This document shows, piece by piece, positions 29,607 to 43,021 of a stretch of 64,000 bases of DNA; within the stretch, counting starts at the first letter, position 1; each line of letters starts with the position of its first letter. The stretch covers positions 8,066-72,065 of the forward strand of contig JACRLW010000103.1 in NCBI GenBank assembly GCA_016235155.1. The letters run 5' to 3'. A program made the translations under genes and the position numbers. The notes beneath the pieces were generated by a model. The model ran no database searches, was not told the origin of the DNA, and was given only the letters and a program-made list of their open reading frames with translations. Source of the DNA: Planctomycetota bacterium (GTDB taxonomy: Bacteria; Planctomycetota; UBA1135; UBA2386).

Positions 29607-30611
29607 TCAGGCCTTGACGCCGAGCGCGGCCAACAGACGCTGCGCGCGCGCCGCGGCCTTCGTGTTCGCGTGCTTCTCGGCGAACTTGGCCAGCGCCTTG
29701 GCGGGCACGGCCTCGACGCCCTTCTCGAAGAGCGCGCGCTCGATCTTCAGCAGCGCCTTCTCGGCGGCGAGTTCGGGTGCGAGTTCGTCGCTCGAGAGGC
29801 GCGTGCGGATCTCGGCCGCGTTCTGCTCGAGGTCGCTCAGGCCCGCGATGCCCTTCTCGACGTCGCCGAGGAGATCGGCGGCCCGTGCGAACTGTCCGGC
29901 TTCGACCAGACGTCCGACCCGCGCCACCGCCGCGGCAGCGCGCGACTGGATGTCGTCGATCGCCTTGGCTGCTGCTTCGGCGAGCGCGACGTCGTCGGCG
30001 CCGTTGGCGGGCTTGTCGAGGAGCTTCTGCGCAGCTTCGATCGCGGCGGCGAACTTGCCCTTGAAGGCGTCGCGCCAGATCGGCTTCAGCTCTTTGCCGG
30101 CGTCGGTCGGACCCTTCTGCCGGATCGCGATCTGCGCGCGGATCGCTTCCTCGAGCTGCTTCTTCATCGAGATGGGGTTGCCCTCGAGGATGCGACGCCC
30201 GTCGACGTCGAGCAGCACGAAGTTGGGGATGCCGCGAGCGTCGGACCGCACCGGCCGCTCGCTGGTCCAATGCGACTTGCCGCCGAGCCAGCCCCGCTTC
30301 AGGCCGAACGCTTCGACCTCCTCGATGCTGTGACCCTGCACCTCCGCGAACACGATCGCGAGGTCGTCACCGAACTCTGCCTGATCCTGGAGGGACATCG
30401 GCACGGATGTCCCGACACACGGGCCTCAATTGATTCCCCAGAACTCCACCAGGATCGGCTTGCCGCGAAGTTCGCTGAGTTTCGAGATGCCGTCGAGCTG
30501 GAGCCCGGCGGCCTGGAACTGGAAGTCCTCCGGCTCACCCGCGGCGATCGGCGCCTGGGCGGCGACGGCGTTCGCGAGGAGGACGGCGGACAGAAGGGCG
30601 GTCGTGCGCAT
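29607..30611 (-). CDS. Putative exported thioredoxin-fold (TlpA-like) selenoprotein, UxxC motif, 334 aa
   Basis: ORFs 30426-30611 and 29607-30404 share a frame; the junction reads GKPILVEFWGIN-TGA-GPC; GIP cis-Pro loop downstream; signal peptide. Confidence 0.85.
30392..30413 (-). promoter_or_regulatory. Candidate bacterial SECIS hairpin
   Basis: GGGACAUC-CGUGCC-GAUGUCCC, a perfect 8-bp stem starting 12 nt after the UGA, with GU in the loop. Confidence 0.7.
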
Positions 30612-30766
30612 GAACGGGACTCTTGGTCGTGACGAGCGGGACTGGCGAGTGGCGCGGATGGTAGTCGTCCGATCGGTCCCCGCCCCTTCACCGGACGACC
30701 CGGACGAGTACCGCGTTGGTATCGCTTGTGCCGCCGGGCCCGCGCGGCGAATCTCCCGGCCGCTCC

Positions 30767-31329
30767 ATGACCCACCGGACCAAGCGCCGCATCGCGATCG
30801 TCTCGACCGGCGGCACCATCGAGAAGACCTACGACGAACTGCAGGGCGTCCTCCAGAACGAACTGAGCAACCTCGACGTGCTCCTCGCCTCGCTTCGGCT
30901 CGACGGCGTCGAACTGGTCCGCGTGCCGCTGATGAACAAGGACAGCCTCGACATGTCGCCCGCCGACCACACGCTGATCGCGCAGACGGTCGGCAGCATG
31001 GCGGCGGGTCTCGACGGCGTGGTCGTCGTGCACGGGACCGATCGGCTCGCCGTCACCGGCGACCGCATCGTCGAGTTGCTGGGGACGCCGCGCGTGCCGG
31101 TCGTACTGACGGGCGCGATGCGACCGTTCGTGATGCGCAACACCGACGCGGCCCAGAACATGACCGAGGCCCTGCTCGCCGTGCAGGTCATGCCGCCCGG
31201 GGTGTACGTCGCGATGCACAACCGCGTGCTTCGCTTCCCGGGCGTCGTGAAGGACCGCGCGCGGATGACCTTCGCGATGGCCGACGAGTTGACCGACGCA
31301 GGCGACGAGCGCGACCGCGATCGCGACGC

Positions 31330-31345
<16 letters not shown>
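30767..31345 (+). CDS. Short single-domain L-asparaginase family protein
   Basis: [21 protein letters not shown]. Confidence 0.9.
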
Positions 31346-34961
<3,616 letters not shown>

Positions 34962-34965
<4 letters not shown>

Positions 34966-35942
34966 GCTGTGATCGGTGAGTCGGGCCGATGCGCCGTGGC
35001 GATGAAGGTCGCGGGAAGGTCGTGCGCGGCGCTCTGCGATCCGTGCACCTCGACCGCGACGTCGTCGAGTCCCGCCGCCGCGAGCCAACGCGTGATCCGC
35101 TCGGGCGCGAAGCCCTCCCAGAGCACGCCGAGATCGCTCCGCATCCACTCGCGGTCGTGACGCTTGTCGTCGTCGTCCGCGACGAAGTCGACGATCACGA
35201 CGCGGCCGCCGGGTCGCACGACGCGCGCCATCTCGCGCACGGCGACCGGCGGCGACGAGACGTAGTGGAGCACCATGTGCGCGACGGCGGCGTCGACCTC
35301 GCCGTCGGCGAGAGGCAACGCGGTCGCGTCGCCGCGCCGCAGTTCGATCCCGTTGATCGCGTGCTCGCGGATCTTGTCGCCCGCGGTGGCGAGCATCCGC
35401 GGCGACGAATCGACGCCGATCACATGGACCCCCGCGCGCGCGAGCTCGACGGCGAGGATCCCGGTGCCCGTCCCGATGTCGGCGACGCGGATCCCGCGCG
35501 GCACGAGCTTGCCGATCGCGCGCGCGCGTTGGACGTCGTCGTGGAAGATGCCGCGGAGCCGATCCCAGCCGGGACCGATCTCCTCGAACCAGTCCTGGCT
35601 CCGCAACGCGCGCTCCTCGAGCAGGCGGCCGAGGCGCTCGGCGTCGCGCGCCGCGTGCGGGTCGTCGGCCAGGGCGTTCCGCGCGAGATCCCACGCCGGA
35701 TGCCACGGCCCGTCCGCCGGCGGCTCGAAGCGCGAGTAGCTGTAGGTCCCCTCCTTGCGATCGCGGAGCACGCCGGCTTCGCGGAGGACGGCGAGGTGGC
35801 GCGAGACGGTCGACTGCGGGACGTCGAGGATCCGGACCAGGTCTTGGACGGCGAGCTCCTCACGCGCCAGCAGCGCGAGGATGCGGAGCCGGGTGGGATC
35901 CGAGAGCGTGCGGAGGACGCGGTGAAGGGCTTCGACGGTCAC
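34962..35942 (-). CDS. ArsR-family regulator fused to a SAM-binding methyltransferase domain (SahR/SamR-like)
   Basis: [10 protein letters not shown]...[22 protein letters not shown]; stop overlaps the metH ATG. Confidence 0.9.
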
Positions 35943-35964
35943 GAAGGCGCGGGAGTGTATCTCT

Positions 35965-35984
35965 TGATCCGCATGGACGGATGA
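35965..35984. promoter_or_regulatory. 20-bp imperfect palindrome, candidate SahR-type operator
   Basis: TGATCCG-CATGGA-CGGATGA just upstream of a TACACT -10 box (35954-35959, minus strand). Confidence 0.55.
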
Positions 35985-36108
35985 TGAACTTGAGCGCCTC
36001 CAGATCCTCCGCCCGATGACCTGGGTTTGGAGCGTCGCAGGTGCCCGTGGCTTCGACGCTTGCGCGGATTGGCGCCTGCTTCCCCCTGCCGATCCCTGGG
36101 TCCCACAC

Positions 36109-36144
36109 CCGAGCCCGACGCCGAGCCCGACGCCGGGCCCGACG
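36109..36144. repeat. 12-bp tandem repeat x3
   Basis: CCGAGCCCGACG x2 plus CCGGGCCCGACG. Confidence 0.8.
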
Positions 36145-36149
36145 GAACG

Positions 36150-36185
36150 CGAACGGGGCGACGCCTCGCGGCGCCGCCCCGTTCG
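36150..36185 (-). terminator. Hairpin downstream of tRNA-Ala
   Basis: 16-bp stem (one G-U pair) with a GCGA tetraloop on the minus strand; weak U tail. Confidence 0.65.
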
Positions 36186-36199
36186 TCTCGACCAGCGGT

Positions 36200-36272
36200 T
36201 GGAGGCGAGGGGAGTCGAACCCCTGACCTCAGCATTGCGAACGCTGCGCTCTACCAACTGAGCTACGCCCCC
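36200..36272 (-). tRNA. tRNA-Ala(CGC), CCA not encoded
   Basis: GGGGGCGTAGCTCAGTTGGTAGAGC...TTCGCAA loop...GGTTCGACTCC...CGCCTCCA; G3:U70 pair. Confidence 0.96.
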
Positions 36273-36336
36273 GAGGTCGGTCGGGCCGGGGATGCTAGCC
36301 GGCCGGCGATCGAATGGAAGAGCCGACCTGAGCTGG

Positions 36337-36843
36337 TCAGGACCGCGGCGCGCCGGCGCCCTCGAGTTCGGCCTCGACCGGCTCGACGACCGGCTGCGCC
36401 GGTTCGCCGGGCCGGACCTCGGTCCGCTCGGGCTGCATGGACTCGATCAGGAGGTTCATCTCGTCCGCGACCTCGCCGAGGAAGTCCCCTTCGCGGAGCT
36501 TGACCCGGAAAGCGACGTCGCCGGAGCGGATCCGTTCGAGCGACTTGCAGAGGCGGTAGGCCGGGCCGGCGACGTGATGCGAGAAGCGCAGTCCGCGGAC
36601 GACGATCACGAGGGAGCAGACGACGCAGAAGCCGAGGACCGACCACAGCAGCGGCGAGAGGCTGGGAAGGTCGAGGTCGACCTGCGTGGCCTCGTCCACC
36701 AGGCGGCGGCAGAAGTAGGCGACGACGAGGGTCGTGATCGCGAGAGCGGCGGTCGGGACGAGGACCACGGCGGCGACGATGCGTTGCTGCACCGGCCGGT
36801 TCACGATCAGGATCCTGCGGCGTTCTCGCGACGAATCGGTCAT
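36337..36843 (-). CDS. Two-TM membrane protein with HAMP-like C-terminus
   Basis: Two hydrophobic helices, then SHHVAGPAYRL...GD...KLREGDFL.EVADEMN. Confidence 0.8.
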   Translation of the reverse strand: MTDSSRERRRILIVNRPVQQRIVAAVVLVPTAALAITTLVVAYFCRRLVDEATQVDLDLPSLSPLLWSVLGFCVVCSLVIVVRGLRFSHHVAGPAYRLCKSLERIRSGDVAFRVKLREGDFLGEVADEMNLLIESMQPERTEVRPGEPAQPVVEPVEAELEGAGAPRS

Positions 36844-37054
36844 CCCTCAACCCCTGGCGACGCGCGACGGCGCGCACCGGGTTCGCCATCGGCAGGATCG
36901 GTCGTCCGGGTCAAGCGGACGCGGCCGGGAAACGCGGCCCGGTCGACCCGGATCATCTCGCCCTTCCGCAATTTGCCGACCCGCCGGCACAAGTCGGGAT
37001 CGGTCCATCGCCGAAAGACGCCGACGGACTCCCAGCGAGATCGAGTTCGATCAC

Positions 37055-38005
37055 ATGGAGCGCATCACCACGACGGAGGCCGCCTCGCGGCTCGGCATCG
37101 ATCAGGCGGGTCTCACCCGCCTGCTTCGGCAGCACAAGAACTCGATCCCGGGGCTCGACTCCGAGGAGAAGGATCTGCTGCCGGTCGAGGCCGTCGATCA
37201 GCTCGCGCAGTTGGTGCGCAACCAGGGCAAGGCGGGCGGTGCGGGCAAACAGCTCGCGTCGGTCATCGCGGTGACGTCCGGCAAGGGCGGCGTCGGCAAG
37301 ACCTCGGCCAGCGTGAACATCGCGACCGAACTCTCGCTGCGCGGACATCGCACCGTGCTGGTCGACGTCGATCTCGGGCTCGCGAATGCGCACATCCTGG
37401 CCGGCAAGGCGCCGGGGAAGACCCTCTTCGATTGGCTCGGCGGTCGCGCCGAGTTCGGCGAGATCGTCGTCGACGGTCCCGGGGGCATGAAGATGATCTC
37501 GGGCGGCAGCGGCGTGAAGGAGTTGGCGAACCTCGACGAGAAGGGGCGCATCAAGCTCGTCGATGCGATCCTCGCGCTCCGCCCCCATTGCGACGTCGTG
37601 ATCCTCGACACCGGGGCCGGGATCGGCAGCGGCGTCACGGACTTCGTCGCGGCCGCGGATCACACGCTCGTCGTCACGACGAGCAACTTCGCCGCGATCG
37701 CGGACGCATACGGGATCGTCAAGGTCCTGGTGCAGGGCGGGTACCGCAAGCCGCTGCACCTGATCGTCAACCGCGTGCGTTCGCCCGAGGAGGCCGAGCA
37801 GGTCTTCAAGAAGCTGCAAGGCTGCACGCAGAGATTCCTCAATCACGAGCTCAACTGGCTCGGACTCCTGCCGGAGGATCACTCGGTGGAAGGAGCCGTG
37901 CTCCAACGGACTCCCTTCTGCGAGGCGTATCCGGCGAGCGTCGTGACGAAGTACCTGAAGAAGGTCGTCTCGGCCCTCGAGCGATACCTGCCGAAGCGAT
38001 CCTGA
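37055..38005 (+). CDS. MinD/FlhG(FleN)-like ATPase with N-terminal HTH-like segment
   Basis: VIAVTSGKGGVGKT, DVDLGLAN, DTGAGI, AIADAYGIVK. Confidence 0.9.
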   Translation: MERITTTEAASRLGIDQAGLTRLLRQHKNSIPGLDSEEKDLLPVEAVDQLAQLVRNQGKAGGAGKQLASVIAVTSGKGGVGKTSASVNIATELSLRGHRTVLVDVDLGLANAHILAGKAPGKTLFDWLGGRAEFGEIVVDGPGGMKMISGGSGVKELANLDEKGRIKLVDAILALRPHCDVVILDTGAGIGSGVTDFVAAADHTLVVTTSNFAAIADAYGIVKVLVQGGYRKPLHLIVNRVRSPEEAEQVFKKLQGCTQRFLNHELNWLGLLPEDHSVEGAVLQRTPFCEAYPASVVTKYLKKVVSALERYLPKRS

Positions 38006-38094
38006 TCGCGACGGCGGTCGCTGCGCAGCGCAGGCGGGGTCCGCGTCCACGACCCACAATCGGCCGCCGAGCTGCATCGAGAGGAAGAAGATGA

Positions 38095-38484
38095 ATCGAG
38101 CATGACGATCCCGCCGACGACCAGGGCGAAGGCTTCGGTCGTCAGGCCAACAAGGGCATCCTCGCGGAGCGTGTTGCCGAGGAGTTGAACGTCCCGCGTC
38201 GGACCGCCGCGCGCGTCCTCGACGCCGTGCTCGACTCGGTGCGGGACCTGCTGCGCACGCGCGGCAAGGTCGCCGTGAAGGGCTTCGGCACCTTCGAGCG
38301 CAAGGTGCGCAAGGGCCGCGCCTACAAGCATCCGCTCACGGGCAAGAGCATCGACGTCGCCGACAAGGAGACCGTGCTCTTCAAGCCGAGCGACCAGCTG
38401 ATCGCGGACAGCCGCGCGGACGCGGTGCCTCCGCAGCGCAAGAAGCCGGTCGGTCGGACCGAGGACATCCTCTTCAAGGGTTGA
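38095..38484 (+). CDS. HU/IHF-family DNA-binding protein (start uncertain)
   Basis: NKGILAERVAEEL...KGFGTFE...R.GR...HPLTG..I......FKPS. The frame opens after TGA 38092; the first canonical start is TTG 38185. Confidence 0.85.
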   Translation: MEHDDPADDQGEGFGRQANKGILAERVAEELNVPRRTAARVLDAVLDSVRDLLRTRGKVAVKGFGTFERKVRKGRAYKHPLTGKSIDVADKETVLFKPSDQLIADSRADAVPPQRKKPVGRTEDILFKG

Positions 38485-38581
38485 TCGCCCTTCGCGGCCA
38501 AGGCCGCAGCCAACCTTGACTGCAAGCGTCGGCCACGAGTGATGACGTCTGGATGGCGCCTCGTGCGGCTATCCTGATCCC

Positions 38582-39418
38582 GTGGCCAAGGAATCCCATC
38601 CGCGCCGCGTGCGCAGCGCTTGCGTGCAGTTCGACGTCCGGCGTGGCGAGGTGGAACAGAACCTCGCCGCCGTCGAGTCGCTGCTGCGCGAGGCGGCCGC
38701 CGGCGGGGCACGCATCGCCGTGCTCCCCGAGATGTGGACCTGCTCGTTCGTACCCGAGCGCGACGACGCCGTCCTGCGCGCGTCGTCACGGGCCGAGGTG
38801 CGGCTGCTCGAACTCTCCGCCGAGCTGGGATTGATGGTCGTCGGCTCCGCGCCCCATGTCGACGCGGGCCAGGTCTTCAACCGCGCCCAGTTGATCGACG
38901 CCGGCCGCGTGCTCGGCGAGTACCGCAAGATCCATCTGTTCTCGCCGATCGGCGAGCACCGGTGCCACGTCGCCGGTTGCGACCCGCTGGTCGTCGACAC
39001 GCGCTTCGGACGGGTGGCGGTCGCGATCTGCTACGACATCCGCTTCCCCGAGCTCGTCCGCTACTACTTCCACCGGCAGGCCGACATCCTGCTCGTGCCC
39101 GCGCAGTGGCCGGAGGCGCGTTCCGACCATTGGCGCTGTCTCGTCAAGGCGCGCGCGATCGAGAACCAGTTGTTCGTCGTCGGCTGCAACCGCATCGGCG
39201 TCGAAGCGTCGAACCGGGGCGACGAACAGCTCGTGTTCCCCGGCGACAGCCGCGTCGTCGATCCGATGGGCGCGGTCATCGCGTCGGGCGCCGGCGAGGC
39301 CGCGCCGATCTTCGCGGACCTCGAACTGCGGCGCGTGCGGATGATGCGCCGGATCCTCCCGATCGCGAAGGATCGGCGACCCGAGGTCTACGTGAGGATC
39401 TGGAAGAACGTCTGGTGA
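38582..39418 (+). CDS. Carbon-nitrogen hydrolase (nitrilase/omega-amidase family)
   Basis: E-K-C triad: LPEM, YRKIHLF, ICYDIRFPE. Confidence 0.93.
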   Translation: MAKESHPRRVRSACVQFDVRRGEVEQNLAAVESLLREAAAGGARIAVLPEMWTCSFVPERDDAVLRASSRAEVRLLELSAELGLMVVGSAPHVDAGQVFNRAQLIDAGRVLGEYRKIHLFSPIGEHRCHVAGCDPLVVDTRFGRVAVAICYDIRFPELVRYYFHRQADILLVPAQWPEARSDHWRCLVKARAIENQLFVVGCNRIGVEASNRGDEQLVFPGDSRVVDPMGAVIASGAGEAAPIFADLELRRVRMMRRILPIAKDRRPEVYVRIWKNVW

Positions 39419-39448
39419 GCGGCGCCTCGCCGACCCGGCGGACGATCC

Positions 39449-40657
39449 TCACCCGAAGATCTTCAGGCGCTCCATCGCGTCGGGCCGGCGCAGCCGTTCG
39501 ATCGCCGCCTTCTGGAGTTGCCGGACGCGCTCGGCGGTGACTCCGAGATCCTGCGCGATCTGCAAGAGCGTCTCCGGTTCGCGCCCGCCGAGGCCGTAAC
39601 GGCGCATCAAGATCATCCGCTCGCGGTCGGGAAGACCGGCGAGCGCGGTGTGCAGCTCCGCGTCGAGGTCACCTTCGCGGATCGACTCGTGGATCGGTTC
39701 GAGGGACGAATCGGCCAGGGACTGCGCCAGCGACGACCCGTCGTCCTCCGTACCGATCGGTGCATCGAGGCTCACGGCGTAGCGACGGACGGCGAGGATC
39801 TCCTCGATCCGTTCGGTCGACAGTCCGAGATCCTGCGCGACATCGGCGAGATCGGGCGCGGCACCGGTTTCGTCGCGACGGCGATCCTGGGCGCGCTTGA
39901 TCTTGCGGAAGGTCTTCTGCACCCAGATCGGGATGCGCACGGTGCGCGACGCGTTGTAGAGGGTCTTGAGGATCGCCTGTTGGATCCAATACACGGCGTA
40001 GGTCTTGAAGCGCACCTCGCGCCGCCAGTCGAAGCCCTCGATCGCCTGGAACAACGACGCGGCGCCCTCCTGCAGGAGATCACCCTCGTCGACGCCGAGG
40101 TCGCGATAGCGACGTACCGGCGAGAAGATCAGGTAGAGCGCTCCCTCGACGTAGAGGTTGCGGAGTCGCTCGAACTCGTCGACGCAGCGGGCCAGGTGTT
40201 CGGTCGCCGCCTGGGTCGTGCGACGAGTCGCCGCCGGCAACGCGTGCAGCGGGCGAAGCACCAGTTGATCGAGCTTGGACTCGGCGTGTCCGGCCCGCGC
40301 GAGGGCGTCGCGGACGCGCGCGCGCAGGAACTCGTAGCGCCGCGCCATCCGGAACTCCGCGGCGCGATCGAGGTGAGGAAGCGCCTTCACCTGCGCTTCG
40401 AAGAGACCGCCCCACGTCACCTGGCTCGACGCGAAGTTGGCGAGGATCGGCGAGTCGGGGATCTCGATGCGCGCCCCGCGCCCCCGAAGGTCGCGAACCG
40501 ACTTCGCGACGCGCCGATCCCACTGCTCGACGGAGACGTCCAGGAGCGCATCGACGGCCGCGAGGTCGATCACCGGCGGAGCGGCGCCTCGAGCGGTCGA
40601 CTTGCGGAGACGGAGGCCGACTGCCATGGATTCGGGAGTCCCGGTCGTGCGTTGCAT
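39449..40657 (-). CDS. Divergent RpoD/RpoS-like sigma-70 factor
   Basis: DLLQEG, RFKTYAVYWIQQAI, RTVRIP, SLDAPIG, GVTAERVRQL. Confidence 0.9.
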   Translation of the reverse strand: MQRTTGTPESMAVGLRLRKSTARGAAPPVIDLAAVDALLDVSVEQWDRRVAKSVRDLRGRGARIEIPDSPILANFASSQVTWGGLFEAQVKALPHLDRAAEFRMARRYEFLRARVRDALARAGHAESKLDQLVLRPLHALPAATRRTTQAATEHLARCVDEFERLRNLYVEGALYLIFSPVRRYRDLGVDEGDLLQEGAASLFQAIEGFDWRREVRFKTYAVYWIQQAILKTLYNASRTVRIPIWVQKTFRKIKRAQDRRRDETGAAPDLADVAQDLGLSTERIEEILAVRRYAVSLDAPIGTEDDGSSLAQSLADSSLEPIHESIREGDLDAELHTALAGLPDRERMILMRRYGLGGREPETLLQIAQDLGVTAERVRQLQKAAIERLRRPDAMERLKIFG

Positions 40658-40847
40658 CCCCGGCCGGGCCGGAGACGCGGGAGAACTGTCGCCGCTGACG
40701 GCCGGTCCTGGCTAGCCCTCCTTGGGGCTTTCCGGCTCCGGAAATCCTCGGTGACGGGGCCTCTACGTAGCGGAGCGCCCGCCGGATGCGCGCCGGGATC
40801 GGCAATCACACCGATCAGGGTTTGTTTTCCCCGAGTCGGTGCTGTCC

Positions 40848-41774
40848 TCAGCGCTTGGCCCTGAGCGCGCCGATCGCGAGGACGAGCAATCCGAGCCCGA
40901 CCACTCCACCGCCGATCCACAGCAGGCCGTCGTCGCCGCCTTCGCCGTAGTCCGCCGACTCGCCGGCTCCCTCGGGGGGAGATCCCGACGGCCGAAGATC
41001 CCGGCCCACTGCCGGACGCGCGACGAGTTCGCCCGTCCCAGCGGGGCTGCCGTCGTCCGCGACGGGAGCTCCGCCCGCCTGCGGATCGACGCGAACCGCC
41101 GGCTCGAGGGTTGGGCCCCCGGACCCCGCCGCAACGGCGACCGGCCGCGGCGGGGTGGGCAGCGGCGGACCGACCACGAGCTGGGCCGTCGCCGGTCCCT
41201 GGAACTGGCCGATGTTCGCGCCGAGTCGCGGATCGGCGAGCTTTGCGATCACCGACGCGCTCAGCGGGTACTTCCCGTGCGCCGCGCCGGCGTCGACCGA
41301 CAAGGGGATGCGGACGATCGCGTAGTTCTCGAAGACCGGCTTGCCGCGGAACGCGCCCTCGCCGGTGCCGGGCTTCGGGTCGTCGATCGTCCAGGTGCCG
41401 AGCTGGGCCGGGCTCTGTGCCGGCGAGTACTTGAGTTCGAGATCGGCGGCGGTCGCGAGCACGGCGCCTTCCCGCATCACGAACGCGATGATCAGCGTCC
41501 CGGTGCCGCCCGGCGGGATGCGCGCCGGTTCGATCGACGTCACCGGCACCATGAAGCGATCGAGTCCGCCGCCGATCGGCGCCGGGCCCGGGTCGACCTT
41601 GCCCGCCAGCTCGGCCTTGCGCCGCAGCGCGTCTTCCTCGCCGTCGCCAGCGCCGCTCTCCTTGATCCGCGACGCTCCCGCGTCATCGCCCTCCTGCGCG
41701 CGGAGCGCCCGGGACGGCGCAAGCGCACAGGCGAGGAGCAACGCAACTGCGGAGAGACTGCGGCGGCAGGTCAT
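40848..41774 (-). CDS. Exported protein with an Ig/DsbD-alpha-like domain and a C-terminal TM anchor
   Basis: Signal peptide, beta-rich core, Pro-rich linker, TM helix followed by RAKR. Confidence 0.7.
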   Translation of the reverse strand: MTCRRSLSAVALLLACALAPSRALRAQEGDDAGASRIKESGAGDGEEDALRRKAELAGKVDPGPAPIGGGLDRFMVPVTSIEPARIPPGGTGTLIIAFVMREGAVLATAADLELKYSPAQSPAQLGTWTIDDPKPGTGEGAFRGKPVFENYAIVRIPLSVDAGAAHGKYPLSASVIAKLADPRLGANIGQFQGPATAQLVVGPPLPTPPRPVAVAAGSGGPTLEPAVRVDPQAGGAPVADDGSPAGTGELVARPAVGRDLRPSGSPPEGAGESADYGEGGDDGLLWIGGGVVGLGLLVLAIGALRAKR

Positions 41775-41938
41775 GGATCTGTGGGTGCGGGCTCGAAGAG
41801 CGAGCGGGCTCGGCATATTACAGCGGCCGTCGTCGTCGTGACCGTCGCCGGTTCCGGTCGACGTGCGCCGCGGCGGCCTAGGACGCCGACCCATCCCCGA
41901 AGCTTCCGAACCTGGTCCACGATCGATTCCGATCGCCG

Positions 41939-43021
41939 ATGAGTTCCGCCCCATCGATCGAAGCGCTGACCGCCGCGCTCCGCCGCATTCCCGATCCCCA
42001 CCGTGGGGGCGACATCGTCACCAGCGGCGCCGTGCGGGAGCTCCGGATCGAGACCGGGAAGGCGCGCTTCCTCCTCGCCCTGGTCGAACCAGCCAGCGAA
42101 AAGGCGCAGGCGACGCTCGCCGCCGCCGAACGCGCCGCGATGGCGGTGCCGGGCGTCGCGGAGGTCAGCGCCCGGGTGGTGCAGGCCGCGCCCAAGGCAT
42201 CGGACGGCCTGCCGCAGAAGCAGGCGATCCCCGGCACGCGGCGCGTCGTCGCCGTCTCGTCGGGGAAGGGCGGCGTGGGGAAGTCGACGGTCTGCGTCAA
42301 CCTCGCGTGCGCGATGCAGCTCGCCGGCGACCACGTCGGCGTGCTCGACGGCGACATCTACGGCCCCGACATCCCGCTGATGCTCGGCGTGAAGGGCAAG
42401 CCGCAGGGCAGCGGCGACAAGCTCTTCCCGTTCGTCGCGCACGGCATGCAGGTGATGAGCATGGGCATGCTGGTCCCCGAGGACCAACCGATGATCTGGC
42501 GCGGCCCGATGCTCAACAAGGCCGTGCAGCAGTTCATGTTCCAGGTCGACTGGCACGACCTCGACTGGCTGTTCGTCGACATGCCGCCGGGCACCGGCGA
42601 CGTGCAGCTCACGCTGACGCAGAACACCGACATCACCGGCGCGGTCGTCGTGACGACGCCGCAGGACGTGTCGGTGCTCGACGTCAGGAAGGCCGTGCGC
42701 ATGTTCGAACGCATCGACGTGCCCGTGCTCGGCGTCGTCGAGAACATGTCCTGGTTCCAACCCCCGGGCAGCACGGAGCGCTACGAGCTCTTCGGCAGCG
42801 GCGGCGGCGAGCGCATCGCTCGCGAGTTCGGCATCCCCCTGCTCGGACAGATTCCGATCGGCATCCCGGTCCGCGAAGGCGGCGACCGCGGAGCACCGAT
42901 CACGCTCACCGATCCCGACGGTGAGATCGGAAAGGCCTTCCGCGCGGCCGCTCGACGCATGGTCGAACGCGTCCGCGAAATGGAGACTGCAAACCCATCG
43001 CGGTCGAGGCCGCAACCCTGA
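41939..43021 (+). CDS. mrp: Mrp/ApbC (NBP35) family ATPase
   Basis: SGKGGVGKST, DGDIYGP, IWRGPM, DMPPGTGD, VTTPQ, GVVENMS. Confidence 0.95.
   Translation: MSSAPSIEALTAALRRIPDPHRGGDIVTSGAVRELRIETGKARFLLALVEPASEKAQATLAAAERAAMAVPGVAEVSARVVQAAPKASDGLPQKQAIPGTRRVVAVSSGKGGVGKSTVCVNLACAMQLAGDHVGVLDGDIYGPDIPLMLGVKGKPQGSGDKLFPFVAHGMQVMSMGMLVPEDQPMIWRGPMLNKAVQQFMFQVDWHDLDWLFVDMPPGTGDVQLTLTQNTDITGAVVVTTPQDVSVLDVRKAVRMFERIDVPVLGVVENMSWFQPPGSTERYELFGSGGGERIAREFGIPLLGQIPIGIPVREGGDRGAPITLTDPDGEIGKAFRAAARRMVERVREMETANPSRSRPQP

Noticed and set aside
35985..36108. SAM or cobalamin riboswitch upstream of the metH operon
   Set aside because: No recognisable riboswitch consensus; a protein repressor with a palindromic site explains the regulation better.
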